Below, in pieces: positions 10,072 to 20,223 of a stretch of 64,000 nt of DNA (its first letter is position 1; the number at the start of each line of letters is the position of its first letter). The stretch is from IMG/VR virus record IMGVR_UViG_3300032249_000480, positions 40,787 through 104,786 of that record. The stretch is one strand, 5' to 3'. The notes below the pieces were generated by a model. It ran no database searches. It was given only the letters and a program-made list of their open reading frames with translations, and was not told where the DNA came from. The stretch comes from a virus. A program made the translations under genes and the position numbers.

Positions 10072-10748
10072 TGAGAGTTCGCTTTGATACTAAAAAGTTT
10101 GATTCACAAATGCTTAATTTTATACAGTATTCAACTGGTTTCCTAGAAGGTATTCAAAAAGGTAAAGGTATATTTTTAAAACATTTATCTACTGGAACAA
10201 TAGAAGGATTAAAAAGATATATTGATTCAAATGCAAGAGGAAATCCGCAAGCACTACAACATATGTATGAGTGGTATAAAACAGGAAGTCCAGAAGCAAG
10301 ACTTTACAATATTGACTACAGGATAGTAGGAGATGGAATCTCTATTAATTCAACATTTAGACAATCAACTTCAATAGCAAACGATAGCGAAGTGCCTTTT
10401 TATAATAAAGCAAAAATTATGGAAAATGGAATTCCAATAAGCATTAAGCCAAAAAATAGTTCAGTGCTTGCATTTAAGATAGATGGCGAAGAAATATTTA
10501 CAAAAAGAGAAATAAGGATTCCAACACCTGGAGGTCCAGAAGCAAGAGGATCTTATGAAAAAATATTTGATGAATTTTTTAGATTATATTTTTCACAATC
10601 ATTTTTAAAGGCTTCAGGACTATTTACCTATTTAGAAAATCCTATGGCATATAAACTTAATCTGGCATCTGGAGTAAAAAATGGAAAATCAAAAGGAATA
10701 GAAACAGGATATAATTGGATCATTGATGCAAAGATTGGACTAGACTAA
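10071..10748 (+). CDS. Neck/tail completion protein
   Basis: Synteny; TAATG coupling; IKPKNSSVLAF segment common in neck proteins. Confidence 0.5.
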   Translation: MRVRFDTKKFDSQMLNFIQYSTGFLEGIQKGKGIFLKHLSTGTIEGLKRYIDSNARGNPQALQHMYEWYKTGSPEARLYNIDYRIVGDGISINSTFRQSTSIANDSEVPFYNKAKIMENGIPISIKPKNSSVLAFKIDGEEIFTKREIRIPTPGGPEARGSYEKIFDEFFRLYFSQSFLKASGLFTYLENPMAYKLNLASGVKNGKSKGIETGYNWIIDAKIGLD

Positions 10749-10749
10749 T

Positions 10750-11298
10750 ATGGGTAAAACAGTAGCAGCATTGCCATATCCACCAAAGTGGATCAACAAA
10801 TATATTTTTGATGAACTTGCAAAGTATGATGATATTGGAGTAAGTGCTGTTTCACAACTAACTCCTATTTTTGCTACAAGCCCAACAAACACAGAAGAAA
10901 TATATAAAAATGTAGTTCAGGCTACATCAATATCAGAACCCCTAGTAATTATATATGACAGACTAATAACCTTTAGACCATCAGTTTTTTACCCACACAA
11001 AAGAGAGCAACTTCTTTACTACCTATACAGCACAAGCCTAGCAAATGTAAATAATGCAAATATCGTCATATCCCAACTTTTGGATAGAGAAGACGCAGCA
11101 GCCCAAGACCTAAATGCTTTCTGTGCAGCCAATACTGGTGGAGAAGACTTTAATGTTTTTTTCAGAAATATCAAGGTATATCAGGCTCAAGAAGCCAGAG
11201 ACGTATTAGACCTAGCATCAGCAAGAACAATGTTTGTAAATAAACTCATTATTGAGTATGACTATCATGCTCAGTATAACGCAAATTCATATAAATAA
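10750..11298 (+). CDS. Tail terminator-like protein
   Basis: Directly upstream of the tail tube gene; size fits. Confidence 0.5.
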   Translation: MGKTVAALPYPPKWINKYIFDELAKYDDIGVSAVSQLTPIFATSPTNTEEIYKNVVQATSISEPLVIIYDRLITFRPSVFYPHKREQLLYYLYSTSLANVNNANIVISQLLDREDAAAQDLNAFCAANTGGEDFNVFFRNIKVYQAQEARDVLDLASARTMFVNKLIIEYDYHAQYNANSYK

Positions 11299-11377
11299 AA
11301 ACGCTGTTATAATTGATACTGAGGAAACAAATTTCGCCGTACAACTTAATAAAATCTTAATAGAAGAGGTGATATAA

Positions 11378-12013
11378 ATGGCTTATACACGTGGTAATAA
11401 TCAAAACATTATCGTCGGTGCAGCATCATTCTTTATTGCTAACTACATTCTTGGTTCAGGTGGACTACCAGCACAAAATGCTAATACGTCTTATCGTGAA
11501 GTGTTGTCTAATGCAGGCAACTTCCGCAATGTTGGTTACACAATGAACGGACTTGACCTAACTTTCACACCAAACTTTGGTGAAGTTTCAGTAGATCAAA
11601 TTCTTGATGTTGCAAAACTATACAAGCAGGGCATGGAAGTCAGTCTTAAGACTGCATTTGCAGAAGCCACTCTTGAAAACCTATTGGTAGCATTGGCTTA
11701 CAATTCTGCAGAATTAACAGGAACAAAGTTGTCTTCAGCAGGACAAACTATGGTTCTTTCAGCAGGAGACATTGGTGAGTGCCCAGTAGAGCGTGGTATC
11801 GTAGCAGTAGGACCTGGAACAGGTGACTGCGATGATTCATCACACATTGAACGTATCTATGCAGCATACCGTGCATTGTCAATTGACAACGTAACAGTAT
11901 CAGCAAAGCGTGACGCTCCATCTATGTTTGAAGTGACATTCCGTCTACTTCCAGATGATGAGACAGCATCATACGGAAAGATCATTGATCGTTCCTGGAC
12001 TATTCTTTCATAA
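11378..12013 (+). CDS. Major tail tube protein
   Basis: VGYTMNGLDLTFTP...AEATLENL...FEVTFRLLPD tube-type motifs; own promoter, SD and high-expression codon bias. Confidence 0.85.
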   Translation: MAYTRGNNQNIIVGAASFFIANYILGSGGLPAQNANTSYREVLSNAGNFRNVGYTMNGLDLTFTPNFGEVSVDQILDVAKLYKQGMEVSLKTAFAEATLENLLVALAYNSAELTGTKLSSAGQTMVLSAGDIGECPVERGIVAVGPGTGDCDDSSHIERIYAAYRALSIDNVTVSAKRDAPSMFEVTFRLLPDDETASYGKIIDRSWTILS

Positions 12014-12032
12014 TTATAGTCTAATCAGCATT

Positions 12033-12066
12033 GCCCATCTCTTGTTGAGGTGGGCTTTGTTGTTTT
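12033..12066 (+). terminator. Intrinsic terminator after tail tube gene
   Basis: gcccatctc-ttgtt-gaggtgggc followed by tttgttgtttt. Confidence 0.75.
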
Positions 12067-12083
12067 ATGGTAAAATTAAAACG

Positions 12084-12803
12084 ATGGCTACTTATATATA
12101 TAAAATAAATAATGTCAAAACAATTGACGGTATGGATATAGAAATTATTCCATTAAAGATTAAATACATGCGACAGGTCATGGATGTTTTTGCATCAATA
12201 AAAATTGAAACAACAGAAGATGAACTTATTGATATTTTATGTGAATGTGTAAGAATTGGAATGAAACAATATTATCCAAAACTATCTAACAGTATTCAAG
12301 ACATATTAGATAATTTTGATTTAAATACATTGTATGATATTTTAGAAATGTCAGTAGGGATAAAAATAAAACGAAAGTTTGATCAATTAGATGAAGATAA
12401 AAAGGTTAGCAATTCAGAGGATGATGCTAATTGGGACAACTTAGATCTTGCCAAGTTAGAAAATGAAATATTTTTGCTTGGAATATGGAAAGATTATAAT
12501 GAACTTGAACTATCTTTATCTATGCCAGAATTATTATCAACCATAGCAAGCAGCAGAGAGTTAGATTATCAAGAAAAGAAATTTTTAGCAGCCATGCAAG
12601 GTGTTGACTTAGAAGAAAGTTCTAGTTCAGGCAAAGGTCAAAAAGAATGGGAAGACATGAAGGCTAGAGTATTTAGTGGTGGTGCAACAAATGATAGTAA
12701 GGATATTCTTGCATTGCAAGGACAAAATGCAGTAAAGGCAGGGTTTGGAATTGGCATGGGATTAGACTATGAGGACTCTAGAAATCCTGCTGTTATGCTA
12801 TAA
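12084..12803 (+). CDS. Tail assembly chaperone, long (GT-like) form
   Basis: ATG 12084 is 7 nt after TGGTAAAAT. N-terminal ~95 aa are paralogous to 12833..13147, followed by an extra C-terminal domain. Confidence 0.7.
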   Translation: MATYIYKINNVKTIDGMDIEIIPLKIKYMRQVMDVFASIKIETTEDELIDILCECVRIGMKQYYPKLSNSIQDILDNFDLNTLYDILEMSVGIKIKRKFDQLDEDKKVSNSEDDANWDNLDLAKLENEIFLLGIWKDYNELELSLSMPELLSTIASSRELDYQEKKFLAAMQGVDLEESSSSGKGQKEWEDMKARVFSGGATNDSKDILALQGQNAVKAGFGIGMGLDYEDSRNPAVML

Positions 12804-12832
12804 TTGACCTAACCTAATTAGGAGGGTAAAAA

Positions 12833-13147
12833 ATGGCAACAACAGTATATGAGCCAAAAAAAGTATCACTTATTGACGGAACACTGGTAGAAGTGCGTCC
12901 ACTAAAAATCTCTCTTTTGCGTGAATTCACAAAAAAGTTTGAGGGAATTGAAGCAGTAGCAGATGACAACGATAAGTCTATGACCATTCTTCTTGAATGT
13001 GTTCAGATTGCAATGAAGCAGTACAAGCCAGAACTAGCGTTGGATATTAAAGTCCTTGAAGACAATATTGATCTTCCAACAGTTTATCAAATTATTGAAG
13101 CAGCATCTGGTACAAACCTTGATGCTTCTGGTCAATTAAATATTTAA
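12833..13147 (+). CDS. Tail assembly chaperone, short (G-like) form
   Basis: Between tube and tape measure genes; AGGAGGG SD; own TGCTATAAT box. Confidence 0.75.
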   Translation: MATTVYEPKKVSLIDGTLVEVRPLKISLLREFTKKFEGIEAVADDNDKSMTILLECVQIAMKQYKPELALDIKVLEDNIDLPTVYQIIEAASGTNLDASGQLNI

Positions 13148-13173
13148 AAAATAATGTAAAGAGGTGTTCATGA

Positions 13174-16100
13174 ATGAGTGATATTAATGCTAACATAGGG
13201 GTTAATTTTGACACGGCCCAAGCATTAGCAGAACTCAAAAATCTACAACGCCAACTTTCACAATTCCATACATCTATATCTAGGACTAGTGAAAGTGCAG
13301 CCATTGCACAAAAGAATTTACAAACAAATCTTTTAAATTCTGTTAATGCAACAGGCAACTTTATAGCACAGATGGGTGTCATTAAGACATCAACGGAGTC
13401 GTTTACTCACGCACTTGAAAACAATAAACTTTCTATGCGTGAGTATTTCCGTTATGCAGGCGGAGCATCTAAAACTTTTGGAAGATTATTTACCAATGAG
13501 TTTAATACAATTGGCAGGGTAGCGGAAGAAAGAGTAAAGAGACTTCAAACCCAATATATTAAAATGGGTCGTGATACAACAGGTGCAATGAAGGCTATGT
13601 CAATCATGCCTGCAACTCTTGATATTAATAGCATGTCAACACAAATGCAAATATCAGCACAGAAGCAAGCAATCTTTAATCAGTTACTTAAGCAAGGATC
13701 TACTCAACTTCTTAATTTTGGTAAAAATACACAGTGGGCTGGCCGTCAACTTATGGTTGGTTTTACAATTCCTCTTATTGCAATGGGATCATCAGCAACA
13801 AAGGCTTTCCAAGATATTGAATTGGCTGCTATTAAGTTTAAAAGAGTATATGGAGATTTGGGAACAAGCCAACAAGAAACTGATGCAATGCTTGCTCAAA
13901 TTAGATCTATTGGAGATGCATATACTAAATATGGAGTAGCAGTAAAAGATACAATTGCTCTGGCAGCAGATGCAGCAGCAGCAGGTTTTGCAAATCAAGA
14001 TTTAATTGCACAAACAACACAGGCAACTAAACTATCTGTTTTAGGACAAATTGATCAACAGCAAGCCCTTGAAACAACAATTTCTCTTCAGAGTGCTTTT
14101 GGTATTTCTGCAGCAGAACTTGCAACAACAATTGACTTTTTAAACTCAGTAGAAAACCAAACTGTTGTATCTCTTGACGACATAACAACAGCAATTCCAA
14201 AGGTAGCACCTGTTATTCAGCAACTTGGTGGAGACGTAAAAGATTTAGCATTCTTTATGACTGCAATGAAAGAAGGTGGAGTAAATGCGTCAGAAGGTGC
14301 TAACGCTTTAAAGTCTGGACTTGCATCTTTAATTAATCCCTCAACAAAGGCAAGTGCAATGCTTGCAAGTGTTGGAATAAATATTAAAGAGATTGTTGAA
14401 AAAGATAAGGGAAATTTAAAAAAGACAGTTCTTGATGTAGGTGCAGCACTTGATACGCTTGACCCATTATCACGTGCTAGAGCAATTGAGCAAATGTTTG
14501 GTAAATTCCAATTTGCACGTATGTCAACTTTATTTGATAACATTAATAAGCAAGGAAGCCAGGCGTCAAGAGTATTAGATTTAATGGGAATGTCAGCATC
14601 AGATTTAGCAAGCATAACAGATAAAGAATTAGGTATTCAAGGAGCATCTTCACTTACAAAATTTAGAGCAGCAATTGAAAAACTTAAAGCAACACTAGCG
14701 CCAGTGGGCGAGTTGTTTATGAAAATATTTACACCAATTCTTGAAAATATTAGTGGTTTATTAGATAGATTTAATAATCTTTCAGATGGTGTTAAAAAAA
14801 CAATCGGAGTAATCGTTGCAGTTGTTGCTGGATTAGGTCCAATCGTACTTATGACATTTGGTTTACTTATGAATGCTTTTGCAAATGGAATCAAATTATT
14901 TGCAACTTTACGTGCAGGATACCAAAGATTAACTGGTGGTTCAGTAGAACTTGGACAGCAAACTCAATATTTAACAATGGAACAACTTGATGCTGCAGCA
15001 GCAGCACATTCACTTGATCAATCTCATGCAAAATTAATACAAACATTTAATTTAGAAGCAGGTTCAGTAAATAGTCTAAGAAATGCATACTCTAATGCAA
15101 CAGTAGCAGCAAAAAACTTTTCACTTGCTAATCCTGGGATGATATCTCGTACAGCAGTAAAGAGGTTTGCATCAGGAGGAGTTGTTCGTGGTCCTGGAAC
15201 AGGAACTTCAGATTCAATTCCAGCAATGCTTTCAAATGGTGAAACAGTTGTTCCTGCTAAACAAAGTAAAAAATATGGTGGTTTGCTTAGTGGAATTATT
15301 GCTAATAATATCCCTGGTTTTGCGGGAGGTAGGATAGGATTTGATGGACAATCTTATGATATTCCAACTTCTACTGGTCAAAAAGCACTTGATGAAATTA
15401 TTGGTAAATTCAGTAAAGATACTGAAGGATTAACATTTGCATTAGAAGCATTACAAGACAATGCAAATGAACTTGGAATGTCATTTAAAGTTAATGCAGA
15501 TACACTTTCAAAGTTTTTAGATGAAGTTGGAGTACAAAGAAATAATCCTAAAGGCTCATCTGCAACACCATACAAAGGACAAAAGTATGTTGCTGCTCAT
15601 GCAATGGGAAATTTACCAGATATAACAGATCCTAAAGAACTTGAACGACTTGCTGCTGCTACAGACTCAGCAACTTTAGCAAAACTTTTACGTGCAGACG
15701 CTGCTGCTGGTAAACCAGTTAAACAATTTAGCAATTTTGTAAATGTTTTGCCAGAAGAAGCAAATAAAAAGTCACGTGGCGGAAACTTTATTATGGGCAG
15801 AGATGAGATGGCTGGACTATATTCTGGTCCACAAAGTGATAGAACTTTAGCCATGGTTTATAAAACAATAATGGATAAAGAAAATTTAGCATTTCAAGAT
15901 CTTATTAATGATCCAAATTTAATGCAAGGAATAACTGGTAGTGTTAGAAATCTTGGTAAATTAATTTCAGAAGAAATAAGTCTTCTTCCAGAGCATTTTG
16001 GAGAAGAAGAATTTTATGCTGCAGTAGACAGGGCCGTAAAAAGAGTTGATGTTGCAGATTCTAGACTTAGGGGAGCCGTTGATGATATGCAAAAACCAGC

Positions 16101-19100
16101 AATGCTTGCTCCTACTGGTGCAAAAGGAAAAGCCCAAGAAAGAAAGGCTATTGGTAAAAAAGATATTGGATTAAAGTCTGCACTTGGTGTGCCATTATAT
16201 GCTGAAAGTTATAAGAGTGAAGGAAATGAAAATCTTTTAAAACTGGCTGATAAAATTGGAAGAGAACAAGCACATGCAGAGGCTTTAGGATATGATGCAC
16301 AATATAATGCAGAAGTAAAAGCAAGAGCAAATAAAAATGGAACAACACGTGCTCGTACTGAAGGTACAGCATATAATGCAGAATTAGAAAAAACAACAAA
16401 AGATCCTTATGTTGTAAGTCGTGATAGACAAAGCCCACACCCACTTGCATCACAAGATGGCAGAGATGATGCTGTTGCATATGATACTGCAGTTCAAAAA
16501 TCAATAGCACGTAATCAAAGAAATGTTGCTAAAAGAAGTGGTATTATTGGAAATTTTGGGGAAAGCAATGAAGTAAAGAGAACAACTACCAATCTTACAA
16601 GCCTTAATAATAAACTAATGGGTGCTTCATTTGGACTAACTACCCTGGCATCAATGGGATCTATGGCAGGTGGCACTTTAGGCAAGGTATCAAACCAGTT
16701 AATGAAATATTCAGGAATACTATTTGGATTAATGTCAGTTACTCAACTAATGACTAAACAAGCATTGCTTAATTTAACTGTAGAAAGAGCAAAAATGGCT
16801 AGTAATGCAATGAGAGCAGTAGACATTGCAGCAGGTGGAAAAACTACAGGATTTCTACCAATTTTATCAAAACTTCTTTTTGGATTTAAAGCACTACTTG
16901 GACCAATTGGAATAACAACGGGATTAATAACAGCAGGAGTTGTTGCTTATAAACTTATTGCAGCGTCACAAGAAAGAGCACGTATGGCAACAGAGGGCCT
17001 TGCAGATGCTATGAATATGACTTCTGGTAAGGTTAAAGTATTAGATAGATTATTGGGACAAACATCTACAGCAAGGCCAGGTTCTGGCGCAACAATAAGT
17101 TCTATTCAATCAACAACTTCTGAACAAAACAAAATAGACACAATTCAACAAGATGAAGAGTTTAAGACTACATTTAAAAAAGACATTCAGGCTCTTAAAT
17201 CTGCAACTGTAAAAGAGGCTAGGATTGCATTCCAAGCAATTTCTTTAGATTTAGGTAGTCAGGGTTATTCAAAAGATGCAATTGATCTTTACCTAAAGGC
17301 TCTTGCAGAAGAAGCAGGTAAGACAAAAGTATTATTAGAATTTGAAAAAATTGATCTTAGCACAAAACAAGGTCGTAAAGAGGCAAGTAAACTTGCTAAT
17401 AGTTTAGCCAAAGATTTTGAAAAAGAATTTAAAAATGGAGTTAAAAAAGTTGCAGTTGGTGGAACTGTTGGAAGAGGTGGTAGTGGTCTAGGAGCAGTTC
17501 CAAAAGAACAACTTAGTGGAGGTCAACAGAAAGTATTAAATGAGTCAAGCCAATTTGTATCAGCCAAATTAGTTAACTTAACAAATTTATTTGCAACTCA
17601 AAAAATAAAAGCAAAAGAATATCAAGCAGCAATTGCTGATGTTTTTAAAGGAATGCCAGAAGGTGCTGATAAAATAAGAATTGTTGAAGCAGCATTAAAA
17701 AACATAAGTCCAGAGTTTGCAAAATCAGTAATAGGCATTAAAGATTATGAAACTAAACAAAAATTATTACGAGCAGCAGTTTTAGATACTGCTTTAGCAC
17801 AAGAACTTCTTAATGAATTAATGAGTGAAGTTCCAGGAGTTGCAGAAGCGGCTAGAGCAAAATTAGACAAATTAATTGCTGTACAAGACTCAGATGCTAC
17901 ACGAATTTCTTCACTTCTTGGACTAAAAACTATTGATGATACACCTAAACAATTAAGCCCAATTCAACAAGCATTAAAAGATTTAAAAGAACAAAAGGCT
18001 GATACTATTGCTCAAACTAAAGCATATAAAACATTAATAAAAGCAGGGTATGATGCAAAAACAGCAGCAGAAATGGTTAACAATGTTAGCCTAGCAAAAC
18101 TAATTAATAATCCAAAAGCAGCGGGATTATCATTTAAGCAATTAAAAAAACAAATAGATGAAACTGCTAAAGCACAAGAAAAACTTAATATGGCACAAGA
18201 TCCATTCTATAAAACAAAACAAAACATGGAAAAATTTAGCAAAGCATATGATGCAATGATGGAAAAATTTAGAATTCAAGAAGCAAGAGTTAGACAAAAA
18301 TATGAGCCTGCAGTTGATAGAGCAAAAGAAACAATAGATAAAATTACTGATGATTTTGCAGCAAAATTAGATCCAATCAATGAAAGAACAAGTGCGTTAA
18401 ATCATGACCTTTCACTTATTGACAAACAGGCAGAGTCAATTAACAAACAGTATGATGATCAAGCAGCAGCCCTTGAGCAAATAAATAAATTAAATCAAGA
18501 TGCTATTCAGCAAGGTAAAGCAAGAATTAGTATTGCAGATGCTCTTTCACAGGGTGACATCTCAGCAGCAGCACAAGCCGTACAGGATTCCAGAGCAGCA
18601 AGTGCAGCAAGTGCCGCACAAAGTCAAACAGATATGCTTGGAAGAGCACGTCAACAAGCACTTGATAATATTAAGATTAATGGATTAACTAGAAAACAAA
18701 TTGAGCAAGAACTTTGGACACTTAGTCAGCAACAATATAGTCTTGAGTTAGAAAGAGATAAATTACTTAAAGCAGCCAATATAGAATTAAAAACAGCAGA
18801 AGAGACTCTCAATGCTCAATTAAAAGTTATTGAAAATGAAAAACTTGCTTGGGACAATGCACAACTAGCAATTGATGAAGCACAAAATGGATATGACACT
18901 ATGAAAATTAGTCTTGAAGAGCAATTAGCACTTGTTCAAGCAATTGTTGCAGCATGGGCAGCAGCCGCTGCAGCCGCTGCAGCAAAACCAGTATCTCCTA
19001 CACCACCTGGACTTGGTGCTGGTACAGACATGAACGGTGGTCGTGATGATTGGCAAAATAATAAAAAATCAAATACATCAGGGTCTACATCTGATATTAT

Positions 19101-19545
19101 TGCAGCAAGAAGAGACAGATATGGATACATATCAAAGGGTGGAATGATTCCTCAATATTTTGCAGATGGCGGTGGTCCAAAAGGAACAGATACAGTTCCA
19201 GCATGGTTAACTCCAGGAGAATATGTTATTAATAAAAAAGCAACAAGAGTATTTGGACCTTTACTAGAAGCAATTAATACTAACAAATTCCCATCATTTG
19301 AAATTGATAGAAAGTTTGGTTTGCCAACATATAATACTGGAACAGGTTCAAATATGATGAGTCCTGCTGTAATGCCTAGAAATGATGTACCAACTCAATC
19401 AGACAATAGTAATACAGTGTATAATTATAGCCTAAGTGTAAACATGAATGGTTCAAATGTTAATCCAGACGATGTTGCAAATGCAGTATTAATCAAGATT
19501 CGTCAAATGGAAAATCAAAGAGTAAGAGGACAGGTTAGATACTGA
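13174..19545 (+). CDS. Tape measure protein
   Basis: 2123 aa, Ala/Gln/Lys helical; TP901-like core (EGANALKSGLASLINP); hydrophobic stretches; two FAxGG...GTD.PAxLxxGE.V motifs. Confidence 0.93.
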   Translation: MSDINANIGVNFDTAQALAELKNLQRQLSQFHTSISRTSESAAIAQKNLQTNLLNSVNATGNFIAQMGVIKTSTESFTHALENNKLSMREYFRYAGGASKTFGRLFTNEFNTIGRVAEERVKRLQTQYIKMGRDTTGAMKAMSIMPATLDINSMSTQMQISAQKQAIFNQLLKQGSTQLLNFGKNTQWAGRQLMVGFTIPLIAMGSSATKAFQDIELAAIKFKRVYGDLGTSQQETDAMLAQIRSIGDAYTKYGVAVKDTIALAADAAAAGFANQDLIAQTTQATKLSVLGQIDQQQALETTISLQSAFGISAAELATTIDFLNSVENQTVVSLDDITTAIPKVAPVIQQLGGDVKDLAFFMTAMKEGGVNASEGANALKSGLASLINPSTKASAMLASVGINIKEIVEKDKGNLKKTVLDVGAALDTLDPLSRARAIEQMFGKFQFARMSTLFDNINKQGSQASRVLDLMGMSASDLASITDKELGIQGASSLTKFRAAIEKLKATLAPVGELFMKIFTPILENISGLLDRFNNLSDGVKKTIGVIVAVVAGLGPIVLMTFGLLMNAFANGIKLFATLRAGYQRLTGGSVELGQQTQYLTMEQLDAAAAAHSLDQSHAKLIQTFNLEAGSVNSLRNAYSNATVAAKNFSLANPGMISRTAVKRFASGGVVRGPGTGTSDSIPAMLSNGETVVPAKQSKKYGGLLSGIIANNIPGFAGGRIGFDGQSYDIPTSTGQKALDEIIGKFSKDTEGLTFALEALQDNANELGMSFKVNADTLSKFLDEVGVQRNNPKGSSATPYKGQKYVAAHAMGNLPDITDPKELERLAAATDSATLAKLLRADAAAGKPVKQFSNFVNVLPEEANKKSRGGNFIMGRDEMAGLYSGPQSDRTLAMVYKTIMDKENLAFQDLINDPNLMQGITGSVRNLGKLISEEISLLPEHFGEEEFYAAVDRAVKRVDVADSRLRGAVDDMQKPAMLAPTGAKGKAQERKAIGKKDIGLKSALGVPLYAESYKSEGNENLLKLADKIGREQAHAEALGYDAQYNAEVKARANKNGTTRARTEGTAYNAELEKTTKDPYVVSRDRQSPHPLASQDGRDDAVAYDTAVQKSIARNQRNVAKRSGIIGNFGESNEVKRTTTNLTSLNNKLMGASFGLTTLASMGSMAGGTLGKVSNQLMKYSGILFGLMSVTQLMTKQALLNLTVERAKMASNAMRAVDIAAGGKTTGFLPILSKLLFGFKALLGPIGITTGLITAGVVAYKLIAASQERARMATEGLADAMNMTSGKVKVLDRLLGQTSTARPGSGATISSIQSTTSEQNKIDTIQQDEEFKTTFKKDIQALKSATVKEARIAFQAISLDLGSQGYSKDAIDLYLKALAEEAGKTKVLLEFEKIDLSTKQGRKEASKLANSLAKDFEKEFKNGVKKVAVGGTVGRGGSGLGAVPKEQLSGGQQKVLNESSQFVSAKLVNLTNLFATQKIKAKEYQAAIADVFKGMPEGADKIRIVEAALKNISPEFAKSVIGIKDYETKQKLLRAAVLDTALAQELLNELMSEVPGVAEAARAKLDKLIAVQDSDATRISSLLGLKTIDDTPKQLSPIQQALKDLKEQKADTIAQTKAYKTLIKAGYDAKTAAEMVNNVSLAKLINNPKAAGLSFKQLKKQIDETAKAQEKLNMAQDPFYKTKQNMEKFSKAYDAMMEKFRIQEARVRQKYEPAVDRAKETIDKITDDFAAKLDPINERTSALNHDLSLIDKQAESINKQYDDQAAALEQINKLNQDAIQQGKARISIADALSQGDISAAAQAVQDSRAASAASAAQSQTDMLGRARQQALDNIKINGLTRKQIEQELWTLSQQQYSLELERDKLLKAANIELKTAEETLNAQLKVIENEKLAWDNAQLAIDEAQNGYDTMKISLEEQLALVQAIVAAWAAAAAAAAAKPVSPTPPGLGAGTDMNGGRDDWQNNKKSNTSGSTSDIIAARRDRYGYISKGGMIPQYFADGGGPKGTDTVPAWLTPGEYVINKKATRVFGPLLEAINTNKFPSFEIDRKFGLPTYNTGTGSNMMSPAVMPRNDVPTQSDNSNTVYNYSLSVNMNGSNVNPDDVANAVLIKIRQMENQRVRGQVRY

Positions 19546-20222
19546 TGGCGTCAAAAGATTATCTACTAGGTAGAAAAAAATGGTCAAGACCACAAGCAAT
19601 GCTATGGTCAGACTCTGCTGGCACATTAGTTGATGGTATATGGGTTCCAACTGGATATGAAAAGTTGTCAGATGAAACTGGATTAAGCCAAAACCAATTA
19701 GACAACTCTTTCATTATTTTGTCTGATCACAACCGTGGTGAAATTACTATTAATACACAAAGAATTGAACAAAGAAAAAGAATGATTAATGGAACAATGA
19801 GATCATATCACAATGCAGATAAACTTGTTATTAATACTTCATGGGCTATGCTTCCATCAAGATCTCACTCAGTTCGTCCAAATTTTAATCAAAACACTGG
19901 ACTCAGTATCTATAATAAAGAAACACCAGAAAGACCAGCAGATGGCTCACCTTATACTCAACAAAATGAATATACTGCAGATGGCGGGGCAGGTGGAAAT
20001 GAAATGCTTACCTGGTATCAAGAACACACTGGACCATTTTGGGTGTATTTAGCGTATGATAAATATAGTGAATTTGGCGATAATTCTGAATCATTTGGCA
20101 AATTAGCACAATACAATCAGGTACTTCAAATGTATCTTGCTAGTTTTGACTATACAGTTGTAAAGCGTGGTGGATCTAATCATGATATGTGGAATATTTC
20201 AATAAGCCTGGAAGAGGTTTAA
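19545..20222 (+). CDS. Distal tail (Dit-like) protein
   Basis: Coupled to tape measure stop; RMINGTMRSYH and WNISISLEEV C-terminus. Confidence 0.65.
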   Translation: MASKDYLLGRKKWSRPQAMLWSDSAGTLVDGIWVPTGYEKLSDETGLSQNQLDNSFIILSDHNRGEITINTQRIEQRKRMINGTMRSYHNADKLVINTSWAMLPSRSHSVRPNFNQNTGLSIYNKETPERPADGSPYTQQNEYTADGGAGGNEMLTWYQEHTGPFWVYLAYDKYSEFGDNSESFGKLAQYNQVLQMYLASFDYTVVKRGGSNHDMWNISISLEEV

Positions 20223-20223
20223 A

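Noticed and set aside
11955-12083. ORF-track extension suggesting overlap or frameshift from the tail tube gene into the chaperone
   Set aside because: Crosses a terminator; the paralog alignment and promoter position support ATG 12084.
13138-13152. TTTAAAA possible slippery site at the end of the short chaperone
   Set aside because: Not in the X XXY YYZ frame (codons are ATT TAA) and there is no T-domain ORF before the tape measure.
18955-18985. gcagccgct tandem repeat
   Set aside because: Simply encodes a poly-Ala run in the tape measure.
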